Shown: piece by piece, positions 40,301 through 52,217 of the stretch
How the letters are laid out: each line of letters opens with the position of its first letter
How positions within the stretch are numbered: the first letter of the stretch is position 1
NCBI RefSeq assembly: GCF_006345805.1
Contig: NC_043020.1
Coordinates: 29,946,001-30,010,000 of the forward strand
From: Octopus sinensis
Lineage: Eukaryota
Reading direction: 5' to 3'
Length of the DNA stretch: 64,000 bases
Notes under the pieces: model-generated
Told to the model about the DNA's origin: nothing
Seen by the model: only the letters and a program-made list of their open reading frames with translations
Databases searched by the model: none
Made by a program: the position numbers and the translations under genes

Positions 40301-40457
40301 AACATAAATTAGCTGTAATTAGAATTGGCAAATTTCAAGTTCTTCATAATGCAACGAAGTGTTTAGGAGAGAAATCTGACTTACCGATGAGCTCAGCCAT
40401 CGCACTGAACGTCCATGTGTGACTCGTTGAGTTGGCTTGCAAAAACGAGGGGCTCAC
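12998..40457 (-). CDS. MORC3: MORC family CW-type zinc finger protein 3/4-like gene, span of 16 traced coding exons (N-terminal exon(s) upstream)
   Basis: The spliced translation is open over 2595 nt. It has the GHKL motifs [39 protein letters not shown] and GTKIII, the S5 motifs YHRNRLI and HNKQDF, the CW finger [15 protein letters not shown] and a C-terminal coiled coil. All introns are GT-AG with consistent phases. No coiled-coil insertion in the S5 fold, which is the MORC3/4 rather than MORC1/2 architecture. Confidence 0.95.
14140..14700 (+). mobile_element. Mariner transposase remnant in the last MORC3 intron
   Basis: [41 protein letters not shown], and [12 protein letters not shown] (YSPDL-like). 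Confidence 0.85.
14943..14983 (-). CDS. MORC3: MORC3 small exon: [13 protein letters not shown](S)
   Basis: 41 nt, tttgcag| ... AG|gtaagt; supplies the phase 2 required by the last exon. Confidence 0.82.
15868..16068 (-). CDS. MORC3: MORC3 exon: [29 protein letters not shown]...VQRRND
   Basis: 201 nt, ctttctag| ... |gtgagc; coiled coil. Confidence 0.85.
16497..16589 (-). CDS. MORC3: MORC3 exon: [31 protein letters not shown]
   Basis: 93 nt, phase 0-0, donor GAG|gtaaga; coiled-coil-like; an alternative acceptor 6 nt downstream is possible. Confidence 0.85.
17492..17525 (-). CDS. MORC3: MORC3 small exon: [11 protein letters not shown]
   Basis: 34 nt, tttttcag| ... |gtaagt; needed to convert phase 2 to phase 0; basic NLS-like RKRK. 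Confidence 0.85.
18143..18226 (-). CDS. MORC3: MORC3 exon: [27 protein letters not shown](Q)
   Basis: 84 nt; fourth CW Cys followed by EEPEDED..P.YEKT; donor gtaagt. Confidence 0.93.
18794..18928 (-). CDS. MORC3: MORC3 exon: CW zinc finger [44 protein letters not shown](N)
   Basis: 135 nt; zf-CW Cys/Trp pattern. Confidence 0.95.
23543..23557 (-). CDS. MORC3: Candidate 15-nt in-frame microexon of MORC3 (adds TLFPS)
   Basis: Branch point TACTAAT, polypyrimidine tract ctttttccctcctgacttctag, exon AACGCTGTTTCCTTC, donor gtatgt; phase 2-2 like the host intron. Confidence 0.55.
23628..25110 (-). mobile_element. Head-to-tail array of SINE family B copies separated by (TAA)n
   Basis: About 6 co-oriented full or partial copies. 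Confidence 0.8.
27466..27567 (-). CDS. MORC3: MORC3 exon: [33 protein letters not shown](G)
   Basis: 102 nt, tttgcag| ... GG|gtgagt; KLNDYWNE ends the ATPase module. Confidence 0.94.
27665..28352 (-). mobile_element. Array of three co-oriented SINE family B copies
   Basis: Same consensus, (TAA)n spacers. Confidence 0.8.
28615..28712 (-). CDS. MORC3: MORC3 exon: [32 protein letters not shown](N)
   Basis: 98 nt, donor gtaagt; HNKQDF motif. Confidence 0.95.
29150..29281 (-). CDS. MORC3: MORC3 exon: [10 protein letters not shown]...[23 protein letters not shown]
   Basis: 132 nt, donor CAG|gtaagc; S5-fold motif. Confidence 0.95.
29401..29622. mobile_element. piggyBac-like MITE (related copies near 13883, 19708, 20215, 25363)
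   Basis: Starts TTAA-CCCTTTAGCATT and ends in a degenerate AATGCTAAAGGG-TTAA; shared internal sequence across copies. Confidence 0.6.
29712..29840 (-). CDS. MORC3: MORC3 exon: [43 protein letters not shown]
   Basis: 129 nt; matches the MORC3 [11 protein letters not shown] motif. Confidence 0.95.
31620..31758 (-). CDS. MORC3: MORC3 exon: [21 protein letters not shown]...PEYRRSLR
   Basis: 139 nt, tttcag| ... AGA|gtaaga; typical MORC ELDF..DI and SLR segment. Confidence 0.93.
32273..32423 (-). CDS. MORC3: MORC3 exon: [21 protein letters not shown]...[10 protein letters not shown](R)
   Basis: 151 nt, phases fit both neighbours, donor gtaaga. Confidence 0.93.
33426..33643 (-). CDS. MORC3: MORC3 exon: [37 protein letters not shown]...KLPQ
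   Basis: 218 nt within ORF 33337..33690; G2 box / ATP lid. Confidence 0.95.
33815..34190 (+). mobile_element. SINE family A copy
   Basis: Colinear with 998-1425. Confidence 0.85.
35627..35759 (-). CDS. MORC3: MORC3 exon: [44 protein letters not shown](S)
   Basis: 133 nt, ttccag| ... AAG|gtaaac; N-box and G1 box. Confidence 0.95.
36545..37995 (+). mobile_element. Ty3/Gypsy LTR retrotransposon integrase remnant, interrupted by a SINE-like insertion
   Basis: H2C2 zinc domain (FHIGHSG..YVYWP..CRGC); rve core ([24 protein letters not shown]); continues after the insertion as [14 protein letters not shown]; purine tract before TG at about 37980. Confidence 0.85.
37180..37483 (+). mobile_element. 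Retroposon family C (repeated GGCACGTAAAAAGCACC modules, (GAT)n tail)
   Basis: Core GTTAGGAAGGGCATCCAGCTGTAG and tail GGACGTTAAACGATGATG; copies at about 17080, 19425, 30780, 35150 (+) and 11825, 16125, 16905, 38680, 40035 (-). Confidence 0.8.
40385..40457 (-). CDS. MORC3: MORC3 exon: [24 protein letters not shown](D)
   Basis: 73 nt, cag|GTG...ATC G|gtaagt; start of the GHKL N-box. Confidence 0.95.
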
Positions 40458-43043
40458 CTGTCAACAACAACAACAAGTAAATACGAGAAAGCAAAACAAT
40501 GCAAAAGAATTGAGAGAAAGAAAAAAAGAAGTAAAACATGCAAAAAAAAAAACCTAGCATGGGGTCACTCGACAACACATTCCAACCTGAACTCCCCACC
40601 CCCACCTGCTGCACCCTCTCCATTTTGTTTTTACTGCTACGACAGTGTTCTTTGCTCCTTCAAGCTGATTAGTCTCATATTGACTCCTGATGTCACCCCT
40701 AACCCTAATCTATCTTTCAAACTCCTGCATGCAACCCAGTGTGGAATCTTTTCTCCCCAGAACATTCGACCCCTTTAATTTCTTTCTTGTTCATGTTTTT
40801 TCTGGATAGTTATTAAAGAAGAACATCAACTCCATTGCTCACCCCAGGCCTTAGACGGCCTGCCATCAGCTGTATGCACAAGAAGTAGCATTTATCAAGC
40901 AGGCCAAAGGTTAAAGGCATTCCAGCACTGGCCATTCCATCTATTCCTTCTTTTATATTGCTACAGAAAGTAAGGCATAATTTGAGGCTAACATGGTTGT
41001 TATTTCTAGAACGTCAGGGGCTCAAACAGAGGTTCCCCTTGACCCCTTGATCAGCTTCACTTGTCATACTGGCCTTGATATTCAACAACAACAACAACTT
41101 CACATTTTTGGCCCCTTTGCACAAAGAGACTGAGTGCTGAGCTCCTGGAAAGGATATTGATTTACTGTTGACATTTCGGTTCCTTGAATCCTACTTTCAC
41201 TTTAGGCTATAACCCTTCACAGCATCTGAGGGAGAGAAGTTCCATCTTTCATACTCATGTCAGAGAAATTAGATGACCAATATTTTCATTTCATTTGATT
41301 TCCCTTAATTCATTCACACTTAATCCTATTCACTACATTCATTTTTTCTCTTTTTTTTTGTTCATATCAGGCAATTTTGTTGTAATCGACAATGTAAAAT
41401 TAACTGATGTAACTGACTATTATTAGTGTTTAGGGTCCACCTGGATAACTTTACATATAACAGATGAAAAATAGCCCCCATTGAGGGAAAAAAAGACATT
41501 GACAATAAAAAAAAAGGAAGAGAGAGAGAGAAGTAGTAAAAAGGGGAAAGATGAAGAAGTGACAAAAACACAGCATCGATGAAAGATTGGTGAAACACAA
41601 TCACCCCAGAAGTGAATGACAGTGACTGATATCAATATTTCATAACCACGAAATATTGATATCTGTCAGTCATTCACTTGTGGGGCAATTTGCGCACACG
41701 GCCGACTGTGAACCAACAAACTGCATCTGACCCATTGAATATTGTGTAAGTTGGCTGTCGGAAGAATCAAGAATGAAGAAAATTATCTGCTTTGATTGGT
41801 GCAGGGAAGACTTGCTTTCGGACTGAGCCTGCTTCAAACTATCTAAGGATGAAGATGCATACATATTCTTTAGAGCCATGAAGATGTAGGGCAAAGTGCT
41901 ATGAAATGATGTTCAGATATTGAGCTTCAGGGAAGAGATGACAAGGGACCGAGACTTGTGGCAGTTTGCTATGGTGAAGAAGGCACAAGCTAAGTAAAAT
42001 AGGGGCTATATAGGAATACCCTTTATGGCCATGCACCCACCGCAGTCAAAACACCCCTAAAACCCATGTGATGTGGGAGTGTATATTAAAACCTTTTTTT
42101 TACCTGAAAACAATACCCCCCCCCCCGTTTTTGTCAGCTTAACAAACTTTCACACATGAATGGAAACATGTTCCTCTCTCCATTACTTAACCGAGAATCT
42201 AGTCGAGGAACGCTTTCTATGTCCAGATACCGTTCCTGTCACCAATCTTTACCAGTTCCCAGGCAAGGTGATATGTCCCCATGACCAAACATGTTTACAT
42301 CAAAGTTTTCACACAAAACAGAAATGCTAATACACACACACGACAGGCTTCTTTCAGTTTCCATCTACGAAATCTACTCATAAAACTTTGGTCAGCTCAA
42401 AGCTATAGTAGAAGCAGCAAAATACACTTGCCCATGGTGCCTGCCACAGAGTGGGACTGAACCCAAAACCATGTGGTTGGGAAGCAGACTTCTTACCGCA
42501 CAGCCTTGCCAACACCTTACATACAGAACTAAATCTTGACACACATATTTTGATATGGCTGCTGTGTACGTCCTCCAGCAGAACATGATACCTAGTGGTA
42601 TTTCTTCCAGCTCTTTGCATTCCGAGTTCAAATCCTGTCATGGCCTACTTGTGCAATAGACTTAATCCATCACCTGGTACCATGTGGAGCCCTTTCAGCA
42701 CACTCCACCCTGTTGCAAGCAGTCAAGCCTCAGGGTTGGGAATACCTCCCTTCCAGTGGTCTTGGAGGTCCCACAAATAGTTGTGGGAACTAACTTCTCT
42801 CTTGATTTAACAGAAAAAAAAAGAGGTATGCAATTAGATACCCACATGGCTGTGTGGTTAAGAAGCTTGCTTTAAAGTCATGTGGTTGTTGGTTCAGTTC
42901 CAGTGCACAGCACTTTGGGACCAGTGCCTTCTGCTACAGCCTTGAGTGAATTTGGTAGATGAAAGCAACAGAAGCGTGTCATGTGTGTGCGTGTATGGGT
43001 GCTACTTTAGCATGCAGTCTATTGCAGCATCCATAATCAATGC

Positions 43044-43305
43044 CAGTGCTTCTCAACCATTTTTTTTTACCTATGGACCCCTTTAATTCCTATTTTACTC
43101 AGATGCAACCCTCTAGCAATTCCATTATATTTTTCATAATTAAATATTAGCAATTGTATAAAAACAGAAATTGTTAAAATATTTTGTGCATTGTAGAAGA
43201 AAAACCAATTTATCACTCATAAATTTAAACAAAATCATCAATGGGCCCCACCAAGGGTCATGTGAACCCCCAAGGGCTATGTGGACCCCCAGTTGAGAAC
43301 CCCTG
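43044..43305. mobile_element. hAT (Charlie/MER5-like) MITE
   Basis: TIRs CAGTGCTTCTCAAC ... GTTGAGAACCCCTG. Confidence 0.75.
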
Positions 43306-44128
43306 GTCTACAATGAGATGACATGATCTGGGTTAGGATTAATTTGTTTAGCGTTAGATAACACCTATATGTGTGTGTGGGGGGGTGCCTTTGATTTTGG
43401 ACCCACCCTCCATCAGCTTGACAAGCGGTGTTGGTTTGTTTACGTCCCCTTAGCGGTTCGGCAAAAGGAAAAAATAATCGAAAGAGATCATAAGCACTGT
43501 TCGACTAAACCCTTCAAGGCGGTGCACCAGTATGGCCGGAGTTCAATAACTGAAACAAGTAAAAGATAAATAAAAAAATTTAGCAGGGAAATGGCAGATA
43601 ACCATTTGTGTCGTCGACTACAGTTGATGGTGCTTGCTATTTACTTTTGATATTTGTTCTATGGAATATAATAAAAGTTAAACTGCCAACGGGATTCGAA
43701 CCCACAGAGTGTAAATACGGAACTAGATACAACAGAACTCCATGCTGTTGTTGTTTAACCCTGAGTCAGCGATGACTGAGTACAACCAGTACCAAAAGCA
43801 TTCCAACTGTGATCATTTTATCTTTCATTCAGACTAAGGTGTCCTTCTTGGCTGGAATTTCTCGCAGATCAAGCTTCCAGGTAGAAGATTCTCTGACACA
43901 GAACCTCGTGTATTTCCCTAAATGGCATTTGAACATCCAAGAACAACAAAAGACTGGTTACACGAACAGCTAGAAACAACAGCCAAAGCTCGTTTCACTC
44001 ACACGTTAATCTAGTTCTAGATATACATGTTACTAGAAAAGACGAAAAGCAACATGAGATTCGTCACGGGTGGAATGCAGTTCATAGCAAAAGCCTGACC
44101 TGGGGCTAAACAGCAAGGTAGCCGGTAC

Positions 44129-44180
44129 CTGGTCGATCGATGTTCTGCAAACAGCAACCGAATGATTCTCAAAGCACAAC
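44129..44180 (-). CDS. MORC3: Candidate upstream MORC3 exon (LCFENHSVAVCRTSIDQ)
   Basis: Acceptor cctttttttaaag and donor CAG|gtaccg; 52 nt, open, ends in phase 0 to match the next exon. No homology support and no ATG inside. Confidence 0.4.
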
Positions 44181-45696
44181 CTTTAAAAAAAGGCAAGGGC
44201 CTGGAAAAACCGTTTTCAGTTCATAGGTGTGTTTTATCGGGACTGACCAGACAAGATAACGAAATGGCGGGATAAGTTTGCGATCGTTGATAACTAAATA
44301 ACCACTGCCAGCCAGGGTGGTTGCACTGATTGGAAATGCACCCAAAAGGGGCACCAATTATTTAATCCTTTCACTTACACACACACACACATTTATTAAG
44401 GGATTTTTAAATACACACGTGTGTTTATATACTTGAATCGAAGGGGAAAAGTTACAAGAGAAATATACATCACCGATTATTTTTATCGAGTTCATTATTT
44501 GATAAAAATTTTGGAAGGAAAACGTGACCCCCCCCCCTCGGCATAATATATAAAGTCTTTAATTCCATTTTATAAATTGTATTGCCATTACGTGCAAAAT
44601 CATTTACGAAACGATTTAATTCCGAGAAATCTTTCGGGAGAGACAAATACTTTCACTTTTCATACATTTCCCCGAAAGACTGTCTTTCGGTACTTTAAAC
44701 TATTATTTATGGCATTAAAAGGAAATGTGAGTTGCCATTCTGTAACTTTTCCCTCGCCAAAATTTTGTCTCGGTTAATTTATCCTCGATATCGAAACACT
44801 TCCGAGAAAAGTCCAAGTTCTTGGAAGCTTGACCACCCCTAACAAAAAGCGGTGCAATCAAGACAACATCATTTAATGTCCATCTCTCTACAAAAGACAC
44901 GAACGTGTGGTTCAATAGAGATTTGGCTGTTATTTCTAGCAGATCGTCATTAATGAGCCAGATAGGGGAAAAAAGTTTAATTATCAGGCAATAATGAAAG
45001 GTGACAGAAGTTCTTATTAAAAAATCAAAACAGTGTTTTGATTTTTTACCCCACACCCCGCGACAAAAATATAAAATATTTATTTAAAATATATTTTAAA
45101 TGAAAGAAAATATTCAAATTAAATTTTGGAAAAACGAAGAACAAAGATTGGAAGCCACCCGAGAATACATTCAATTCATTACAAATACCCTCAATCGATA
45201 GACAAGATTTGAAGAATTCGACCAATTCCTCCATCTATTTCGCTCAGTCTACCTCACATGGTCGCTCGACCCGCTAGAAATAGAAGCTAAATTCCGCCAA
45301 AACACACATTATTGCCTTGAAATGGGTGGGGGAAAGAAAAAAGAAAAAAAGGGCAGATTTGATAATAAAGTTTCAGATAGTCCCTAAAGAAATAGAGAAA
45401 TTAATTAATCCTAGGTTTTTGCCCCTACAAGGGTTTGAAACAAGCAAAACTCCATCAAAACATAATTGTCTTGAAATGGGATTAAAAAAGAAACTGAAAG
45501 AAAAAAAAGGACATTTGTTAAGGAAGTTTTAGACACTCCCTAAAAGGAATTGGCTAATTAATCTTAGGTGTTGCTCCTGCAAGGATTTGACCTGGGGCCA
45601 AATAATAACCTTTACTTGTAGTAGACAGCACCTAACGGTAGTTCACTACTAGAACCAGTTAATAAATATTACTCTAACAGAAGAACACGTAACCAA

Positions 45697-45727
<31 letters not shown>

Positions 45728-46419
45728 ATGAAGGAAGCTGACAAATATTTTCGGGGAAATTGTTCTCGAAATGAAAGACAGACTTGAGATAATAATAAAA
45801 ATAATAATAATAGTTCCTGGAAAAAACAACATCGAATTCCTATCGTGAGGTTTCGATATTCACCTCTTTTGTTTTTTCGAAGAATACCGATGTAATTAAA
45901 AACTGGGGAACTAAAATCATTGACCAACTGGAAATTTTGTGTAAATGTAGAGAATTATAAAAGAATTATAATTGATTAAAATCAGTTTCATAATTGTTAA
46001 AATCGAGGTTTGTCTTCGAGGAATGCGAACCTGGCCCACGGTGGGCATTTATTTCATTAACCCTCAGGTTGACCTCGATCGAGCATTACCAAATTCTGTG
46101 TTATCAATATCCGAAGCTTTACCAATCCATCGATTCGGTACCTTTAAAGTTGTTTAGTCCCAAGTCAGCCATGATTGAGTAGGCAATATGATGAAAAGCT
46201 TTCCAGCCCTGACTACCCACCCTCGCTTTTGGTATAGAACAGGAATTACATTGTCCAGCGTTTCCCACTTTTTCGGACAGCGGATACCCTTGAGGGTAAA
46301 ATTTTCGATTTTACCAATTTGAGGGGGATTTAACTGCTGTTTCTAACAAGACCAGCATCAACAGAGGCTCTTTCTTTGGCTCTGCTACATTTTACATAAA
46401 ATCTATAAGAATTTCAACT

Positions 46420-47130
46420 TTGAAACAGCGAAGAACCTCAGCCGTTTTGTGCCATTCCAGTGCATTTAGAACAATCACTTGGCCGAATATTTTAGGAAAA
46501 TAAGCAAAAATGTCCGAAAAGTGTCGGCAAAGGTTTCTATGGAGGGACGCGGAGGTATTTTACGAGGAAGGAACCTTATCATGGCTTGGATCAGAAGAGG
46601 AAAGATAACGCTCGTGGTGGTGGTGGTCATTTTGAAAGCGCCTCCCCAGGATTGGTCAAGGGACATTTATTCTCTCAGACCGGCAACTTTAAACAATACT
46701 TGAGAGCGGTCATTAGGAATAAGGAGAAGAATCAGGTACTACTTTAGAACAGTGGTCCCGGTGCGCGCACTCGCGTAGTCCCGCATCCGCGCCAGCTAGT
46801 CGTGACTAGTCGATCCTTACTTTGTGTTTTATTTTGTTTTAAAAAAAATTATATATTTTGTGTTTTATTTACTTTGTTAGGTAGTCGTTGTAGGGATCGA
46901 GTAGGGACGAGTTCTCAAGTAGGACCCAAGACCACAACAGAAGAACCCACAAATTCAATATAAAAGAAAAGGCAACTTTTATTATTCTTTCGATTATTTC
47001 TTTCTTCTCTCTTTCTCTGTCAGTCATTGTGAAAAAAAATCTGTGAGATGCGTGGAATTGGTTTAGAGAGAGACGAGAAGGAATCGGGGATAAAAAGTTG
47101 GCAGCGATCATGTCGCGAGAAGTTTGATGC
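46420..47130 (-). promoter_or_regulatory. Probable MORC3 promoter / first-exon region
   Basis: Repeat-free and CpG-enriched; palindrome GTGCGCGCAC (NRF1-like) at about 46761, GGGACTAC on the minus strand at about 46775-46782, CCAAT box at about 46651, TCGCGAGA at about 47113; lies upstream of the first conserved exon. Confidence 0.5.
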
Positions 47131-47494
47131 AGTTTAGATATTTATTGATGTTTTAAGTTTTGGGATGAAAAAAGAATTTTTTTCCTTTCTTTCTTTCTCG
47201 GTACCAAAATATAAACAAAAAAAATAATAATAATTCAGAGGATAACAAAGAAAGGAAAATATGAAAACAAACTAATAATAATCGGTGTGGTCAGTGAAAT
47301 TTGGGGGGTAAAGAGACTGGACGGTGGGGTGTAGGGGTCCTTTATAGGGGCGCAAGGGTGTTGGATGCGGTGGGGAGTGATTTTATGTTGATGGTTTGAG
47401 GATGGAGGGTCAGGGATAAAATATATTGAGAGAGAGAAAGAAAAAAACACGTTTCGTAAAGCGAGAAAAAATATAAATATGCAGATATGTGCGT

Positions 47495-47685
47495 GTGTGT
47501 GTATATATAAACACACGCATATATAGCCATGTACACATGTATATTAGTCATGTACACATGTATATATACGCACACAGTCATGTACACATGTATATAAACA
47601 CACGCATATATAGCCATGTACACATGTATATATACACACACAGTCATATACACACGTATATATAGCCATGTACATAAGCATATAT
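47495..47685. repeat. Minisatellite with core CATGTACACATGTATAT
   Basis: About 5 tandem variants. Confidence 0.85.
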
Positions 47686-49228
47686 AATTATATATATATA
47701 TGTATAAATGTATTTACTAATTTCAGTCCGCTGGACTGCGATTGCATACAGAAAAACACACAGAAAAACACGACCATGTTTACAAAAACGCATTGAATAG
47801 GTGGTCGGTATATTAATTAATTAATTAATTAATAAACAATCAAGAGATAAATGATAGGAAAGGCTACAAACTTTGCTCAGCTGAATCCCCTGAGTCGAAG
47901 CCATCTTCGTCCGTTGCCTACCAAATGCTTTATTGTTGCTCTCCACTACTTTTCCTTCCTCAACACTGAAGAGTTACACACCTTGCTAACAACATTTTCC
48001 TCTTCTTTTTTTTTTTTGTATTGCTTATATTTCTTTTTTATTTTTATGTTTCTTTTTATTTTTCTCACACAACGCGACTTCCGCTCTCCAACATCATTCA
48101 CTACAAAAACATCTTTCCTCCTCCTCCTCCCCTTCCTGTGCCCCCTTTCACATCCCCCTTTTTCCCGTTCCCCCCTCTCTCCTTCTTACCTGCCGTTCCT
48201 CCTCCTCCTCCTACTACAACTCCTCGCACTCCCCTTCCTCTGCCCATCCCTCGTTCTTCCCTTCATCCTCCTGTTTCCCGCCTCTACCTTCCTCCTCCCA
48301 TTTCTCTTGCTCTCTCTCTCTCTCACTCTCTGCCCATCCTCTACCTATTCCTCGTTTTCCCCTTTCTATTTCTGTCTCGGCTCCCCTTCCCCTACATTCT
48401 ACTTTGATTCGCCCTCATCCCCTTCCTCCTTTATATACATATACATATATATACATATAAATATACATATACATACATAGACATACATACACAGGACGCC
48501 ATCTTTATATTTACTCCTAGTCATTTTCTACCATTCCTCCTCCTCCTTCCTTTCTTCTTCCTCTTTCGCCTCGTTATTCATCGTCAACGCTCTCCTCCTA
48601 CTCCTACTTACTCTACACTTATACCTCTATCTTCTCCCCCTCGTTGCTGCTCATCTCACTCACCGTCAGCAGGCAGCGTTTTGCTGTTCTCACAGTTTTT
48701 TCAAATACCACTCACACAACGAGAGAGTCTTTTCCCTTTTCGCACTAGCATTGTTCTCCACATTACCGTGATTACCAAACAAATCTACACACACACTCAC
48801 ACATACACTAGAAGACCATTTAGCGTTGTCAGGTTATTAAAACATTTTTTAATTGCATCGTCAGACAATTCGAGATTTCGCCAGTTATCTGACGAGGCCG
48901 AAGATCGTCGAAACGTTGAATCCAATATCATTAATTTTCTTTTAAATACATGCACGCGTTCGTGTGTATGTGAATATATATATGTATATGATAGATCGTT
49001 AGCCACTACACACATTTTTTCCCTCCTTTTTTCTCTCCTTTTTCTCTCTCCTTGTTTTTTTTTCTCTCGTTTTTTTTTTGTCTTTTTCTGTAGAAGAGCG
49101 TAGGCTCGAAACGTAAAAGACTTTTCTATCCCTGAGCGTTATACTAATACATCTGTTTGTTTTGTACACCACCTGTCTTCATCTTTTTTTTTTTTTTCGG
49201 AAACTCTCCCTATATATGCATATATATA

Positions 49229-49334
<106 letters not shown>

Positions 49335-49670
49335 TATATATATATGTCTCATTTGGTCTAAAGTCGTATGACAACCACCGTTATATATATTTTGTTTATT
49401 CATTACTGTTTTCAATTTCGTTTTCGTCTCTTGTATTCACATCCGTCTTGTGCGTTCACATTCCTGTCTTCTACCAAGAAATCTAATGCTTACAGCTTAG
49501 TTTTTTTTCTTGGGGCTGGCCGAGTTGGAGCAAATATCAGAATTGAACAGCCGAAATTTGCTATGATGATTCGGTGTCTGACTGAAGATTGAAGGCTTCG
49601 AATGATTTGTCTGTGTTCCGTGTTCGTCCCTTCCTGTATTTCACGTTCATTATATATAAAAACATTCATT

Positions 49671-49745
<75 letters not shown>

Positions 49746-49747
<2 letters not shown>

Positions 49748-50520
49748 TTATCCCATAAATAATGCGGTTTTTTATACTTTTATTTTCAAAATTAAGATAA
49801 CCAAAGTTCTTTTTTTAATCTAAAATATACTCTCCTTCATCTTCTACAATGTCCTTCCATCCATCTGGTAAACTTGCAAGGCCCCTCTTCCAAACTTCAT
49901 TTATCCGTGACGGAAAATACTCCTCCAGACCTCATTTACAGGATTCATACTTTTTTCCGTCCAAATGATTTTGAAGACTACAGAATAAAGGATAATCAGA
50001 TGGGGAAATGTCCAGTGAATGTGATGGGTGGGGCATCATTTCCCATTCAAACTACTCCGGCCTTTGGAATGTCATCTTCGCTGTGTGGCTGAGCATTATC
50101 CTGGTGGAAGAACACCTTTCATCTTGAAACCAAAGATGGTCATTTTTCTTCTAGCACTGGCGTCGATGAATGGTTGAACGACAAAATCCAAGCTTTTCTG
50201 CTAGTTCCTCAACAATTTGGATGGGATTTTGTTCCACCAGGGTTTGCAGGACGTCCTCGTCGAGCTCTACAGATCTTCAGGACGAGGCTCGTCTTCTAGG
50301 CTGTAGTTTCCAGCACCGTTGACACTGGCCTACGCTTATTGTCCGATCCCCATTTACTGCATTAATATTCCTCGCACTTTCAGTTGCGTTGTTGCCTTTA
50401 TTGAACGCAGAAAGCTACTTCCATTATAGCTTTGAAAAAATAATTGTTAAAATCGAACTGCACTCTTCAAAACTTGCACTAAGAATAAGTACAAAGTAAA
50501 ATTACTACCTGCTTTTACAG
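49746..50520 (-). mobile_element. Internally deleted mariner element
   Basis: HTH peptides FNKGNNATESARNINAV and GNYSLEDEPRP; catalytic region VFFHQDNAQPH and HSLDISPSDY; abuts (TA)n. Confidence 0.85.
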
Positions 50521-51403
50521 CATTCTGAAATTGCGTTTGCTACGTCGTCTGGCGAGAGCGAACCTGAAGGGTTTGGGCCTTCAACATTCCAGTAACTGTT
50601 GGTATTGTTGCTGTTGTTGTTGTAATTGCTGCTGTAACTGTTGTTGCTGTTGCAACTGCACCACGGAGGCTAATAAGTTCTCCTTGTTAATTAATTATTT
50701 TAAAATTTTTTATCAAAAGAAAATGTTAACGTCGGACGCAAGCTTCGAATGAACTGGTCGCCACTTTTATGAATGGATCTCCTCGCCGTTACTTTTATAT
50801 TCCTCTATACGGTGGATAAAACGATTTCACGAAACGGAAGATAGACGCAACTGTTTTCACACGATGTACTTCAAAATACTCCTCTAAACACGATACTCCA
50901 ATAAATACAACTCTCAATGATCTCAGCGATTTCCTACAACTCCCACGAACTCTCAACGACTCCCACGATCTCTTTTGACTCAACTAATACGCTACTTTTT
51001 ATAATCGTTTGACTTGCCCATTCTTCCAATCCCATAGGAGTGTCAATCACTCTCGTCACAACTGTTTACTACGGTTGTTTCGACCCATCATGCACCAGTG
51101 CCTTTCCGGGTCATTTGCAGTCCAAACAATTGTGGTGCGTCATAGGTGCAGGTGTGTCTCATCAGGTGACAAAAGTTACTTTGTTTTATCATTTCCGTTT
51201 CGCTTATTTCTCTAAGAATACATTTTAGCATTAGTAATCCGCTACTCGTCTACACGAGAAACTGGGTTATAATATAGACTTCTTCTCATATATGCAATAA
51301 AATGCCTTACAAAGAATAAAGAAGGTGAATCATGTTGGTATATATATATATGTATATATATATATGTATCAAATGAAATAAAGATCAGAACACAAAGGAT
51401 GTC

Positions 51404-51496
51404 GCGGTACACATGTTTCGAGCTTTATAAAACAATTTATTCTTACATCAATGTATAATCGACATAACAGATAGTTTAAAAGCCCTCTTCAGCCGC
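51404..51496 (-). ncRNA. Type I hammerhead ribozyme motif (Penelope-like repeat)
   Basis: GCGG-CTGAAGA-GGGCTTT..AAAGCTC-GAAAC-ATGT-GTA-CCGC; core intact and stems I, II and III pair. Confidence 0.7.
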
Positions 51497-51788
51497 ATGC
51501 AATTGCTACACCAAAGACTTGCATCACATTATGAAAGGTCTGAAAAAGAACATTTGGTATTGTTTATAATGGTAGGTAAATTGAGTATCACTGAGAAAGT
51601 ATGTTTGTAAATCTTCATAATCAAATAGGTGTGCAGGGTATTATTGGACTCCACAAATCCGTCCATACTGTTTTCTCACTCAATATAGAGTGAATGTTGG
51701 GTAGATTCCTATGCCACTAGCTGGCATATACAGGTGCTTATACTTATCAAGTATTCACCCTGAATTTATGTATATATATATATATTAT

Positions 51789-51870
<82 letters not shown>

Positions 51871-52217
51871 CACACACATACATATACATAACTCTGTCGG
51901 CGTTCTGATTTGTTTGCACCAAAAGCAGAACCGTTTGGCTCAAAACAAATCAGAACGCCGCCACAGTTCAACGTGACATGTTTTGAATTCTCTCCTCTCG
52001 GTAAGTCGTGCTGAAGATATTTGAGGCCCGTGAGCCAAAGATTAAAATCATGGTACACGAATATCCGAATGGCACTATCTTTAATGATATGGTTTTAATT
52101 CCTTAACCGTTCGTCCGCTTACTATTGTTCTCTGTAATATTTCCAATTATATATATATATATATCTATATATATATATATTATTGTTATTATTACCGTTA
52201 GTAAAATTAATAATAAT

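Noticed and set aside
47495-47685. Regularly spaced palindromic repeats resembling a CRISPR array
   Set aside because: Eukaryotic minisatellite with repetitive spacers and no cas genes
47851-48480. 209-aa hydrophobic ORF and Pro-rich ORF
   Set aside because: Polypyrimidine low-complexity DNA with no homology or splice support
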